Source: Paragordius varius
Taxonomy: Eukaryota > Animalia > Nematomorpha
Assembly (NCBI GenBank): GCA_964247055.1
Contig: OZ176051.1
Coordinates: 1,364,001-1,428,000, forward strand
Length of the DNA: 64,000 nucleotides
Direction: 5' to 3'
The position numbers and the translations under genes were made by a program. The notes under the pieces are model-generated. The model made no database searches and was not told the DNA's origin. It saw nothing but the letters and a program-made list of their open reading frames with translations. This document shows, one piece after another, positions 24,801 to 38,517 of the stretch (its first letter is position 1; the number at the start of each line of letters is the position of its first letter).

Positions 24801-27652
24801 CCGAGTTGATTTGGAAAGACCTATACCGCAAGATTTACTACAAGCTGTCCAAGGGCCCCAATGTCCCCAATTTCCTATTTGCTGGAAAGTTTTATCATTA
24901 AGTTGTCTGACACTCTGAGTTATTGCAATACATTCCTTGTTGTAACACCATTTATTAACTCCACAATAGGTGCCATCTTCAACCATTTTCATTTTACTGA
25001 TGCATTTACCATTCACTTTACACCAGAGTGTACCACTGCATATATCCTGTTTTAGTTAACAATCAAAAGTGAGAAATTTTGATAAAATTTACAAATAATT
25101 GAACCGTAATATTTCATTTTATTTTATCTTTTGTAAAATATTAGTAGTCATTTTTAACTCACAATCAAAATTATGAATAAAATCAGACCGTAAAATATTT
25201 TTAGAATACTATAATATATTTGATATAAAATTTTAGTGTCTTTAGAAAATTTAATTTTGTAATCTAGTTATATATTTAGAAATATTTCATAATTGTGTTA
25301 AAATTAAATTGTGTACAATTAAAATATATATTATGGAGTTTTCTAAAATAAGAGTAACCTAAATAACAAAATTTAAATTAATAATATAATTAACCATCCA
25401 ATTTTAGGGTATATTGCGATTCCATAATATTTAAACAAAATTTATATATGATATAAATATAAACAAAAAATAAATTACCACATTTTGGGACAAAAAAATC
25501 AAATATCATAATAATTATGACCTATAAAAATAATAAAATAAAAATTGAAATATGTAAGGCTTATATCTGTGGAAGAACTTTGAATTACATATAATTATAA
25601 ATCAATTTGTATTTTTATTATGAAAATAGTAATATATACTTCTATACCGGGACAGTATGTGGTATTTCGCAGCCCCATGTTCAATTGGCATTGGTGATCT
25701 AGGTTGTATTGTGTTCCCAAAAAATCGGTGGCTATTTTGGCATTCAAAACTGGATCGTACGGTTTAAAGTGTAAAATAGTAAAGTTCCGATAGATGCCTT
25801 GAAATACTGAGGGTGTATCTATGGAGTCTAGGGTTACATTTTTTATGATATGACTTAAATTTTTTTCCTGTTTCTCCACAGTTTTCAAATGTTAAATTAA
25901 ATGTTGGGACAAATTCTTTTCATAAGCCTCTGTGTCGATGACTGTCACGTATTGAGTAAATGGTTCAATATATAAAAACATTAATTCCTTTTCTATAATA
26001 GTTTTTGGTGGATGGTTGGAGGACATATTGTCGCCGTTTGCTTTTAAACAATCTGCATTTTGTTTTTGAATGAAACCGGTTAACTCTTGATAACTACAGT
26101 TGGACCATATAAGATCGGCCTCTAAACTTTGCGGTAACTGAGAATCCATAATGTATGGCAGTTTTTTGGATTCATTATTTTGCTTTTTTTGAATTCGATT
26201 AACATTGTGCTTTAAACAAAATTCCATTGTATCATGTTTCATACCTAATCTAACACCAACAATAACAATAGATGGCCAATATAAAATTCAAAAAAATAAT
26301 TTCAATTAAGGCCCATTTGAATTTATTATTTTGGTGTCATATTTTACAGTAAAACTTTTGTTTTAGATAAATTATTTTTTGTTATCAAGTATTAAAACCG
26401 CATGTAATATCAATTTGAAACTATTAAATAAATCAAGTGTGTTTAGAAACTTGAAAAACTTTATTTATATTCAAAAAATGTTTTTTACCATTCCTAAATA
26501 CATTTATAGCAAAATTACATCTTAGAAAGGCCATTTCTTATTATTTTAGACTGGGATTCCCAGACACCCTTAAATCCTGGGTATGAAGTAAAATACAGTA
26601 TTTTTACCCTTTAATATAAAGTATTAGGTATTTTCTTAAGCATCTTAAAAATTTTCTTTTGCTCAAAAATATTCTCCCAAAATATTTATTTCCTATCTCA
26701 AGTTTAAATAAAAGTAAAAAAAGGAAATAATGTACAAATGTCCGATTTCATGTGCAATAGTGAATGCTGTGCTTAGTCCAGTATCTTCTGCAATGACACA
26801 ACTTCTACCATTCTGACAAATGGAACCGACTTCGGCCATCCCTAAAGTATTACAAGGCGTGTAATTCTGAGCGCATAAATCTAATCTAGTACAAATGATT
26901 ATAACATCTTTAAGAATGCGAAATCAACTTTTTATTTATTAAACGAACATTTTTAAAAATATAATTGTTCAGTTTATTTACCGCATTTCTAAAAGTTATA
27001 ATTGCAAAAAATAATTCTATGAAGGAAAAAAAAACTTTGTTAGCATGATGGCCACGTGATAAGATGGAACCAACTGACTTTCATTGAATAATGTATATTG
27101 CCAAGCACAGAAGCTTTTTAAGTAATCATCAGCATTGATTGTCATATTAACGGATTTAGGCTTATTTATATACAATTGATGATTATAAAACAATTGCAAT
27201 AAAAAATTAAAAAATTTAAAAATTACGATTGTCTTCAAATGTATCATAGAGTTCCATTCTATGGTAAGAGGAAATCCGAAACTTGAACGTTTAAATATGG
27301 AGTTAACCTTTATATATAATTTATGTTCATTTCATAAAAATATTAATGAGAAGAAAAAAGCTAATCAAAATTTGATTGGATTTAGGAAGGTTGGAATTAT
27401 TTATATAATTTAAAAACTAAAAATTTACCGGAGTATATGTAGATATTGACTTACCGAATGCATCAAAGTATATATGTAAGCTTCAACATCATAGTTTTTG
27501 TAATGCAAAACAAAAGATTGATCAGTAAAAACTATGGCTTTAATTATCATCGCCTCTAACAATGTGGATCTGATGTGGGACGCAGAATCTTCTGTAATAG
27601 AATTAGCGTAGATTATATAAAAACAATGCAAACTCAAAATCGGAAAATGCAT
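21896..27652 (-). pseudogene. ADAMTS-type metalloprotease copy C, nonsense mutation plus lost acceptor
   Basis: CAA>TAA at 25889-25891 in exon 5, and a deletion of about 17 nt near 23430 that removes the exon 8 acceptor (TAAG|CAGAA). Confidence 0.85.
24231..24550. mobile_element. TA-flanked MITE (family 1) in ADAMTS-C intron 6
   Basis: ACCATTTACAG...AAATGGT TIRs; absent from intron 6 of copies A and B. Confidence 0.85.
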
Positions 27653-27998
27653 TTTTAAATAATTTTAACTTAATGTAAAAGATTTTTTTCTTACAATCGC
27701 ACATCGGACCAAATGTTATTCAGAATATGCTGCATTAACTTAATACTAGCTTTAATTATTAATGAAAATATTCAATGGCTCATATTTCCATACTTATGAC
27801 TATATGAATAGTACAAACTCTATATGTATCTATATTTATACATTGTTGCAAAAGATAATTGTTTATATCAAACACAATAACATTAATTTGAGTGTGGGAA
27901 ATGGAAGTTAGTATGGTATGGTGAGATGTTGACTGTTTTATTGCAAACGCGTATCGCAGTTTGAGTAAATTTACACTTGTTTTGTCGTACAATTTGAG

Positions 27999-28270
27999 AT
28001 GGAAACAGATAATAATGAAATGGGGAATGAACAAAAAGGTCCTCCAATCCTACCTCCCCCATATAAGGAAGAAATTGAACGTCAAGCTCCAATGTTGGAA
28101 AACAATAATGGAGCCATTATATATCCAAATACTACCCAATTAATAACGCAAAATCAAACATCGGCTGCCTTTCAGAATGGTTATTTATAATAAAATAATA
28201 TTTTTGCTATACAGGAGGATACCATCATGGCATTCCTCAACCCGTTTTTTATCCGCCACATCCACCTGTG
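27999..28270 (+). pseudogene. PPxY membrane-protein gene copy C, exons 1-2 in frame but 3' exons missing
   Basis: METDNNEMGNEQKGPPILPPPYKEE... and exon 2 GGYHHGIPQPVFYPPHPPV, followed by the foreign segment. Confidence 0.7.
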
Positions 28271-28323
28271 GTTAGTTATTTCATATTATTTTAAAAATAT
28301 ATATGTACTTTAAAAATGTCTTT

Positions 28324-29091
28324 AGGAGTTTTTGATTACATTGGACAACAAATTCTTCTGCCACTCGAGTTTTTTGCATTTGATATTTACTATCATTTTA
28401 ACAGTAAATCTGAAATAAAAATTATATCTCCATGTATTTTTAATTTGATTTTTTTAATTATGCGTCCTCTTTATCAAAATTTTACTAAAAAATGTTTTTC
28501 TTTGAAAGTATACAAGTGCCCATTTGTAATATATCATTCGAAAGAGTAATAAAAGCTCTATAAAATGCATACTAATATGTATTACATCGACAGTTAACAT
28601 TGGACACAGAGAGCGACAAACGCGCGAAGCGAGAGCATTTTTTTTAATTAATAGGATGAAAATAGCTTAAACTTTGTCTAGATGGTGATGAATGTTCAAA
28701 AAAGATAACACAAGAAAGTTTATTTGATTAATATTTTTTTATTGCTTTTATGTCACTCAAAACAGCTATTTTTAAGTTTTTTGTTTTTTTAAATTACCAT
28801 CTCATCAATAATAATTTATTTTCTTTACGAGGCTGATAATTTCTAAATTTTAAAGATAAAAACAAAGTTTAAGGTATTTTTGATTTTTTATAGCCATTAA
28901 ATAAATTTACAGTTATAACTATGCATTTTAGTATCCACTAGGTAAAATATTTATAATAATAATATTTTTTTAAAAAAAGGCAAACCAAAAGCTTTTTCAA
29001 ACATTTTGTTTTAAATAATAAACCCTAATAATTATATTAAAATAATTTATATGATTTTCAAATTAGTTTTCTGTGATTTTGATTTATATAC
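28324..29091. other. Internally deleted copy of the foreign segment at 17977-19846
   Basis: Same left and right junctions; near 28455 it joins the equivalent of about 18105 directly to about 19230. Confidence 0.65.
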
Positions 29092-30196
29092 ACCTCAAAA
29101 TTTTAGTACAAAGCGTTTGCTTGAGTGGTGAATTTTTGTAAAAAAACACATATTGCTTTATCTTAAAGACTTGGTTCCTGTGGTGTGTGATTAACAACCA
29201 TTTTTAATAAAATAAACATAAAACTAAGTTTAGTTAATGGGTATTAAACCGCGGTCATAAAAAATTTAACAATCCATATAAAACCATTAAATTTTCCGGT
29301 TTTTATGGTGGAGCAAGCGCTTTTTAAAATAGAATTGTTTTCTAAATTTTTTCTCCGAAACTTTGATTAAAACAGACCCAAACCTAAATTATAATTTATC
29401 CATATATTGACATCATAATTATATATATTTTTATTATTTTCATCTTTTAGATTAAATTTTAGATATATAGCTTTGTAATTTTATTCATGAGTCGAAGGCG
29501 ATGAACAAATCACTTATGATTTTATTGATAGAACAGGATGGCATAAAGAAATTTTTGCTTATGGCAATGATTGTTATATATATAATTCAAAATATCAATA
29601 ATCAATATATTAACATGCGAAAGGTGGCTAAAACGAATGTTTTTTTATAAATATATTTAACATAATCTACACAGATTGATAAACTTTGCTATTGCTAGAT
29701 TAGTAAGTTTTTTTTACTCATAATTAAGCGATATTTGACCTCCCAGATTAAAAATATATCAACGGAATGGCGCATATATAAATGAAATGTAAGACTATAA
29801 CTAAAACAAACCTATATGCTTTTTTGGTAAATTTTATAAAAATATTGTAAAAGCTTTTAGATAAATAAGACATAATGACGTTACTAGAGGTATTAATTAT
29901 TAATACATTTATTTTTTACATGCAATTAAAATTTGACGTCTGGCGATAGTCGACATTTATACATCCGAGTATCTATGCATATTTTAATAATTTAATTCCC
30001 ATTATATAACCAGAGAACTACCCATGGAGAACTATTAAAATGATTAAAAACGAGAGTCGCCATAATATAATTTTCATTTAATCGGTATAGATGTTTGATC
30101 AGCAATATTAATCACACCGGAAATAATATATATGTTAGTTTTAAATTTTCGCTATTATTTAGATTAATTAAATGAAAGATTTTTATAAATAACTCC

Positions 30197-30482
30197 ACCC
30201 CTCAAATTATCCCTTAAACAATTCGACACCCTGGAACAATTCTTACCCTCAAATAAATTATATGTTTTTTAAGATTAAAATTTACCTATATATTTATATA
30301 TTATTGAAAAATAAAATTATGTTTTAATTAAAAATGATATTGAAAAAATAAAAAACTATGCCACAAAATTATATTTCATATTAATAAATTATATTAGTTT
30401 GAAAACACATTTATTTTTAGGGTGAATTTGAATTGGAGGGGGAATTTAAATTGTTCAAAGGTGAATTTTAACTGTAAATGGT
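30197..30482. mobile_element. MITE family 1 copy with degraded left end
   Basis: Right TIR ...GTAAATGGT is intact and at the same site as 9962-10257; the left start is approximate. Confidence 0.7.
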
Positions 30483-30545
30483 ATAATTTTAAAAATTTAT
30501 TGTTAATATATAATTTTATAAGAACGTATTTACGATTTTAGAATT

Positions 30546-31100
30546 ATGAGTTTTAACAATTTAACATTGGTCACGTTAACTTCAATACCGTATTGGTATG
30601 GGGTAGGGGAGGTGAAATATTGTTTTTATGAAAAAAGACATTACAAATATTCACTTCAACAATATTATTCATGGCGCCCAGATACTTTGGAATGGGAAAG
30701 AATTGTTTTAACCGAAGATCAGCTGATGAAAAAAATTGAACCCTTTTATAGTCATTATATTTTACATATAAAATATCCAGAAATTAGAGAAATCATATAC
30801 TGTAATAGTTATAAGGAACAAGATTATACAAATGTTGATGGTAATGATAGGAATAAAGTTGCAAACATCATAAAAGAATATGTTGAAAAATACAAAGCCA
30901 TGCAGAATAATGAATTGAAAACTGCTATAAATTCATTGCCAATTAAATTATTTGAACAGTCTACGGATGTAACCACAGAACTTACAAATGTAGATCTTAT
31001 CGATGATTCGACTGTAATTTCTTCCAGAAAATTTAACAGTTGGTGGCTTTTTAGAGAATGTTATTTCAATAATCCGTTGTTTACCATGAATATGCATTAA
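30546..31100 (+). CDS. Orphan protein ORF (184 aa), function unknown
   Basis: Open frame conserved across the array. Confidence 0.78.
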   Translation: MSFNNLTLVTLTSIPYWYGVGEVKYCFYEKRHYKYSLQQYYSWRPDTLEWERIVLTEDQLMKKIEPFYSHYILHIKYPEIREIIYCNSYKEQDYTNVDGNDRNKVANIIKEYVEKYKAMQNNELKTAINSLPIKLFEQSTDVTTELTNVDLIDDSTVISSRKFNSWWLFRECYFNNPLFTMNMH

Positions 31101-31150
31101 GAATTTTTTTCTGGATTTTTTAATAAAACAATTACTAAACACAACATTTA

Positions 31151-34100
31151 TTAATTACAAGGGCACGGTCTAGAAACCAAAGGTTTTTGTTTATATCGAG
31201 AACATATGCTATCATCAATTAAATCTTTTAGCGACGGGTCTTTAACACAAAAAACTGACCGATACTGTAAAGTTGGGCTGAAATATAGAGAGGATTCGTT
31301 TTTCGAATGGTTTGATGGATAAGTTGTATTAACGTCTTTTGTTGTTTCGCGGCAGAAACAAGGTTGCCAGTATCCTAACCACCAATAAGGAAGACAAGTA
31401 AAATTATTGCATTTTCTGGATAAAACAGCTTTAGGTTTTGGTTGAGGACAAAGTTCATCACTCAATTTGAGTCCAGATATGGAATTGGCACAAAAATAAG
31501 CCTTATTTTGTGTGCCACCCCGTTTTTTGTTATTAGAATTTTCAAAACTACATTTTTTATTGCATGGATTCCAATCAGTTAATGCCCAGATGTATGATGC
31601 GTTGGTGGGATCATTGAAATTTAAAATTATATTTGGTTTTACAGATTTGTGATAATAGGTGACAGATATATTGATTGAAACATTTAATTGAGTAATAAGA
31701 ACATAAACGATCAGATCTTTTTCGAGTGGACCCACGATAGAAATAAATTCTTGCTGACTTTTTTCGGTTGAAGTATAGTTATAAACTACGTCTTTTACAG
31801 CTGATGAACTTTTTACCCTATGCACCCCAAACCAGGAGATTGTTAAATTGCCATTAAGGATATATTCGGCATCCTGTGCATAAGACAGAGCTAGATAATT
31901 AGCATTCTCACTCATTTCTTGAATGGTTATTTGTGTTGCATCTTTTGGAATGGTTGCTACACTCAAATACGAGCTTGCATTGTTCTCCAAAAAACTATCC
32001 TCAACTTGACTCGTGTTAAGAAAAACATAATTTTCCACTTTTTTGCAATTTTTATTGCGTCCATCACAGATGAGACAATTATCTTTCTTAGCTCGGCTCT
32101 CGAGGCGTCTATCGCAAGCTATCGGATGACACCGCCCGTCTATACAAACACCATCTATATATATATATAAAACAAACGAATCATTGAAAGATAATAAGCT
32201 TAAAGAGTTTTGTATTATCTAGCTTTTGTTAATTAAAACTGGCAGAGTTCGAGAAAATCGTTTATTTTACTTATGCACCGTTTACCCGATTAAAAAAATA
32301 TATTTTTAACCAATATTTGTAATATATTTGCAAAATAACTTTTACTCACTGTATTCGATATCATTTTTAATTTCTAGTGGCGTGTGTTCAAAACTAGCAC
32401 TTCCCATATTACACAATGTCCCATCTCGTAAACTGTGGGTATATGAATCAATCATTTCTAAGCTAACATTTTTCGTAATATTTGGATGTGAAATTAAACT
32501 TTGCGATTCATTGAGTTTTTCCTCGTTTGGCACGGATGATTGATATTCCGATTGAATATTTTTGCAGTTTAAATGACAGGCAGGCGCGCCATACATGATG
32601 GTTTGATAGTCAAAAATCCAAGTTGAATTGCATATTCCTTTAACTTTACATCCATACTCCTGACATTGGTAATTGGGATTGTATTCTGCTTAAATATATT
32701 GTAATTGATTATGAAATAATTACAGTAAAAATGGAAATTATACGGACAAAATGTAAAAATATAAAGACGAAATTTTTTTCAAGAGACAACCATACTTTTT
32801 AAACCTTAATTTATCCTATAAAAAACATTTAATTACAATCGTAAAATAAATAATTGACTGTTTTACCAATTTACATTTCTATATTATACTTTGTAGTTTA
32901 AAACAATGAGTTATATTTAAACACCAGATTAAAAAGGATGGTTGTTTTTTAGAAAAAAAATTTGTCTTTATATTTTCACGTTTTGTCCGTATAATTTCAA
33001 TTTTTACTGTAAAGCTGTTGATATAAAAATGTTTTGCCAGAGTTCCAATAATAATAACACTTTTGAAAATTATATGTTTTTATACATTTATATAAGTCGA
33101 ATTAAGCACCTAATAAGAAAAATATACATTATAATATATTTCAATGCCATCAACACAAATTTACAGTTGACCGTAAAAATAATATTTTATCCATATTTTG
33201 AGAATTCAGGTTATTCCCTTTTTGAAAAGTGCTTAGATGCGACTTAATATACGACAATCCCCCTATTCCGACTCTAATCCGAACGAAAATTTATTACTTT
33301 TAATATTAATAAATGTATTGTGCAAAGCTACTCCCATACAAACGGCATAACGATATCTGTTTTTTTTAAATAATATTTACATAAAAAAACTTAACTTTTA
33401 TTAATTATTATGTTTTCATAATATTACCTTTATACTCATTTTCTTTCTTACAATCCCTTAAGTTGCATGTTTTATAGCGGGTTTTTCGACCAACACAAAA
33501 GGTGCCATCGTTTGTCGGACTTTATTAATTTATTAGATATGTTCAAATATAACTTCAGATATACCATTTACAGTTCAAATTCACCCTTGAACAATTCAAA
33601 AATTAAGATTAAAAATTACCTATATTTTATTACATTTTTTTTAAAAAAAATTCGTTTATAATTAATATAAACTGAAAAAAATAATAAACTATGCCATAAG
33701 ATATATTTCTTATTAATGATGAGTTATATTAGCCCGAAAACACAATTTATTATTAGTGTGAATTAGAATTGTTCAATGGTGAATTTAAAATGTTCAAGGG
33801 TGAATTTGAATTTTAAATGGTATATTACTAATTCTGATTATAGAATAAAGGGTATATCAAAAAAATTGATTCTATATTACACATTGGTTATAAGATATTT
33901 TTAATCTAAATATTCCTTTGTAAATTAGAGGCCCTTAATTCGGAAAATATTGTAGTATATAAAATACCATAACCAAATTTGAACATATAAATGATAAATA
34001 ATTATCATTATTTAAAACAATTTCGTTTCTAAACCATAAATAAATTACATGGGATTATCACATGCCCGAGTTGATTTGGAAAGACCTATACCGCAAGATT

Positions 34101-36832
34101 TACTACAAGCTGTCCAAGGGCCCCAATGTCCCCAATTTCCTATTTGCTGGAAAGTTTTATCATTAAGGCGTCTGAGATTCTGAGTTATTGCAATACATTC
34201 CTTGTTGAAACACCATTTATTAACTCCACAATAGGTCCCATCTTCAACCATTTTCATTTTACTGATGCATTTACCATTCACTTTACACCAGAGTGTACCA
34301 CTGCATATATCCTGTTTTTGTTATAAATCAAAAGTGAGAAATTTTGAGAAAATTTATAAATAATTAAACGGTAATATTTCATATTATTTTATGTTTTGTT
34401 AAATATTTAGTCATTTTTAACGACGAATCAAAATTATGAATTATATCACACCGTAATTTTTTAGAATACTATAATATATTTTATATAAAATATAAGGGTT
34501 TTTAGTATTCTAATTTTGTATATAATCTAGTTATATATTTATTTATGATTGTGTTAAAATTAAATTGTGTACAATTAAAATATATATTATTGAGTATATC
34601 TCTAAAATAAGAGTTATCTAAATAACAAAGTTTAAATTAATAATTTAATTAACCATCCGAATTCTGGGGTAGATTGCGATTCCAAAATCGTTAAACAAAA
34701 TTTTATTAAGAATATAAATATAGCACAAAAAATCAATTACCACTTTTTGGGACAAAAAAATTTCATAATAATTATGACCTATAAACAAAATTAAATAAAA
34801 ATTATATGTGAGGCTTATATCTGTGGACGATTCAAATAAATATAAATCAAATTTTTATTTTTATTGCGAAAATTTTAACATATACTTCTATACCGGGACA
34901 GTAAGTGGTATTTCGCAGCCCCATGTTTAATTGGCATTGGTGATCTAGGTTGTATTGTGTTCCCAAAAAATCGGTGGCTATTTTAGCATTCAAAACTGAA
35001 TCGTACGGTTTAAAGTGTAAAATGGTAAAGTTTCGATAAATATCTTGAAATATTGAGGGTGTATTTATGGAGTCTAGGGTTACATTTTTTATGATATGAC
35101 TTAAATTTTTTTCTTGTTTCTCCACAGTTTTCAAATGTTGAATTAAATGTTGGGACAAATTCTTTTCATAAGCCTCTGTGTCGATGACTGTCACGTATTG
35201 AGTAAATGGTTCAAAGTATAATAACATTGATACTTTTTCTATGATAGCTTTTGGTTGATGGGTGGACATATTGTCGCCGTTTGTCTTTAAACAATCTGCA
35301 TTTTGTTTTTGAATGAAACCGGTTAACTCTTGGTAACTACAGTTGGACCATATAAGATCGGCCTCTAAACTTTGCGGTAACTGAGAATCCATAATGTATG
35401 GCATTTTTTTGGATTCATTATTTTGCTTTTTTTGACTTCGATTAACATTATGCCTTAAACAAAATTCCATTGTATCATGTTTCATACCTAATCTAACAAC
35501 GGCAACAATAATAGATGGGCAAATAAAGTATAATAACTTTTTCAAAAAATTTAATTTCAGTTAAGACCGATAAATGCAAAAACGTTAATTTTGAATTTAT
35601 TATTTTGGATGTCATATTTTACAGTAAAACTTTTGTTTTAAATAAATTGAAACCAAAATTACTTTATTTATATTCGATAATTGGTTTTTACCATTCCTAA
35701 ATACATTTATAGCAAAATTACATCTTAGAAAAGTCATTTTTTACTATTTTAGACATAAATTCCCAGAGCGCTTACACACCTTTAAATCGTGGTTATAAAG
35801 TAAAATACAGCATTTTTGCCCTTTATATTTAAAGTATTTGGTATTTTCTTAAGCATATTATTAATTATCATTTGCTCAAAAATATTCCCCCAAAATATTT
35901 TTTTTCTATCTCAAGTTTAAATAAAAGTAAAAAAAGGAAATAATGTGTACAAATGTCCGATTTCATGAGCAATGGTAAATGCTGTGCTTAGTCCAGTATC
36001 TTCTGCAATGACACAACTTCTGCTATTCTGACAAATGGAACCGACTTCGGCCATTCCCAAAGTATTACAAGGCGTGTAATTCTGAGCGCATAAATCTAAT
36101 CTAGTACAAATGATTTATTAAACGAACATTTTTTAAAATATAATTGTTCAGTTTATTTACCTCATTTCTAAAAGGTATAATTGCAAAAAATATTTCATGA
36201 AGGAAAAAAAACTTTGTTAGCATGATGGCCACATGATAAGATGCAACCAACTGACTCTCATTAAATAATGTGTATTGCCAAGCACAGAAGCTTTTTAAGT
36301 AATCATCAGCATTGATTGTCATATTAACGGATTTAGGCTTATTTATATACAATTGTTGATTATAAAATAATTTTATTAATAAAAAAATTAAAAAATTTAA
36401 AAATTACGATTGTCTTCAAATGTATCATATAGTTCCATTCTATGGTAAGAGGGAATCCCAAACTTGAACGTTTAAATATGGAGTTAACCTTAATATATAA
36501 ATATGGAGTTAACCTAAAAATATTAATGAGAATAAAAAAACTAATCAAAATTTGAATGGATTTAGGAAAGTTGGAATTGTTTATGTAGTTTAAAAACTAA
36601 AAATTTACCGGAGTATATATAGATACTAACTCACCGAATGCATCAAAGTATATATGTAAGCTTCAACATCATAGTTTTTGTAATGCAAAACAAAAGATTG
36701 ATCAGTAAAAACTATGGCTTTAATTATCATCGCCTCTAACATTGTGGATGTGATGTGGGACGCTGAATCTTCTGTAAAAGAATTAGCGTAGATTATATAA
36801 AAACAATGCAAACTAAAAAGCAGAAAATGCAT
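31151..36832 (-). CDS. ADAMTS-type secreted metalloprotease copy D, apparently intact, 9 exons, 952 aa, no prodomain
   Basis: Exons are 36635-36832, 36408-36488, 36213-36337, 35951-36100, 34886-35492, 34049-34311, 33428-33519, 32350-32688 and 31151-32154. All introns are GT-AG with consistent phase, summing to 2859 nt. Zinc motif AHEIGHLLGMKHD is split across exons 4/5. Met-turn YIMD, disintegrin-like, TSP1, Cys-rich, spacer and two C-terminal TSP1 repeats follow. Confidence 0.92.
33563..33821. mobile_element. TA-flanked MITE (family 1) in ADAMTS-D intron 6
   Basis: Same TIRs and site as 24231-24550. Confidence 0.85.
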
Positions 36833-37174
36833 TTTTAAATACTTTTAACTTAACGTAAAAGATTTTTTTTTCTTACAATTGCTTCGCACCAAATGTTATT
36901 CAGAATATGCTGCATTAACTTAATGCTTGCTTTAATTATTAATGAAAATATTCAATGGCTCATATTTCCATACTTATGACTATATGAATAGTATACACAC
37001 TCTATTTGTATCTACATTGATATGAAAGTTAATTGTTTATATCAAACACAATAACATTAATTTGAGTGTGGGAAATGCAAGTTAGTATGGTATGGTGAGA
37101 TGTTGACTGTTTTATTGCAAACGCAAAACTCAGTTTGATTAAATTTACACTTGTTTTGTCGCGTACAATTTGAG
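36833..37174. promoter_or_regulatory. Putative bidirectional promoter/5' UTR region between ADAMTS and the PPxY gene (present in every cassette)
   Basis: 342 bp between divergent ATGs. It is well conserved among copies but has 2-nt indels (GTCGCGTAC/GTCGTAC, GGTATGGTG/GGTGGTG), so it is non-coding. The promoter role is inferred from geometry only. Confidence 0.55.
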
Positions 37175-37440
37175 ATGGAAACAGATAATAATGAAATAGG
37201 GAATGAACAAAAAGGTCCTCCGGTCCTACCTCCCCCATATAAGGAAGAAATTGAACGTCAAGCTCCAAAGTTGGAAAACAATAATGGAGCCATTATATAT
37301 CCAAATACTACCCAATTAATAACGCAAAATCAAACATCGGCTGCTTTTCAGAATGGTTATTTATAATAAGATAATATTTTTTTGCAGGATACCATCATGG
37401 CATTCCTCAACCCGTTTTTTATCCGCCACATCCACCTGTG
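37175..37440 (+). pseudogene. PPxY membrane-protein gene copy D, exons 1-2 in frame but 3' exons missing
   Basis: Homologous to 48499-48767. Downstream intron sequence breaks off near 37850 into a rearranged block, and exons 3-4 are not found. Confidence 0.7.
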
Positions 37441-38517
37441 GTTAGTTTTTTATATTATTTAATAAATAATATGTAAAATGTCTTTTTATACGGTAAAATA
37501 TTTGTCCACCAATACTTATATATATAAATATATATATTATTATGCAACGGTAAATCAACTAAACAAATTATTTTAATTATATTTATTAATATATTTGCAT
37601 ACATTTGATTATGTTTGTTTTTGATTCTGGTTGGTTTAAATAATTTATAACATACATCTATCTTTGAAGTTTGGCATTTAAGCATGGCTATTCTGACGAA
37701 ATGGTTAAGATAGCTACATGTGAAATAAAATCAATAAAAAAAAGAGACGTCTCGTCCACTATTTCGATATTCAATATTGCGCAATTATTCTTTTAGCATG
37801 GGTCAAACACCAGATGTAATTATTAAAAATATTTTTTATAATTTCTACAATTTTATTTTTAAAGCAGTTGGTTGCACAATATTTGATTAACACTTGGATA
37901 CAACACACCATTTTAGTCCTTCGTTTCGAATTGGGGTAGTTGGATACCTCAGGCCTGTTTAAAATCAAATACTTTAGTATGGAAAGAATCGAAACCATGG
38001 CAAAATTTTGTACTTATATAACTTTAATAAACCGAAATATATAAAAAAATTTAAAAACACTTGATATTACTTATTTCATGCTAAAATCGAAAGGTAAAAA
38101 TTTCGTCAACGATGTGTTAAATGGTAAAATTAAGAAAAAATACAAAGTAAACCGCTCTTTCTATTTCTATCAATGTTAGATGTAATATATATCAAAAATT
38201 AGCTTTGGTTTTACCCTTAAAATTATATGAAGTCGATATTTTGCATAAATTTTGTAAAATAAAAATGGCGTCGAAGTAGTTTGAGATGAAACTTTTTTTT
38301 CAAAACAAAATTTTATCAAGATATTTTGGCATATTTATATAATTTTTATCAGGATAGACGCATAAATTTAAATGTTTCCTACAGTAGTTTTTTAAAAATA
38401 TCTATTTAAATTTACTCTGGGGTATTTAGATACCCCAATTTGAATCGAAGTGGTAAAAAATTGAACGAAAATAACATTTAAAGCAGTGGTTTATTTAGAT
38501 AAAGCTTAGCGTGGGTT

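Noticed and set aside
27780-28092. Minus-strand ORFs over the divergent spacer as possible ADAMTS prodomain exons
   Set aside because: There are 2-nt indels between copies, no propeptide features, and overlap with the PPxY exon 1 on the other strand.
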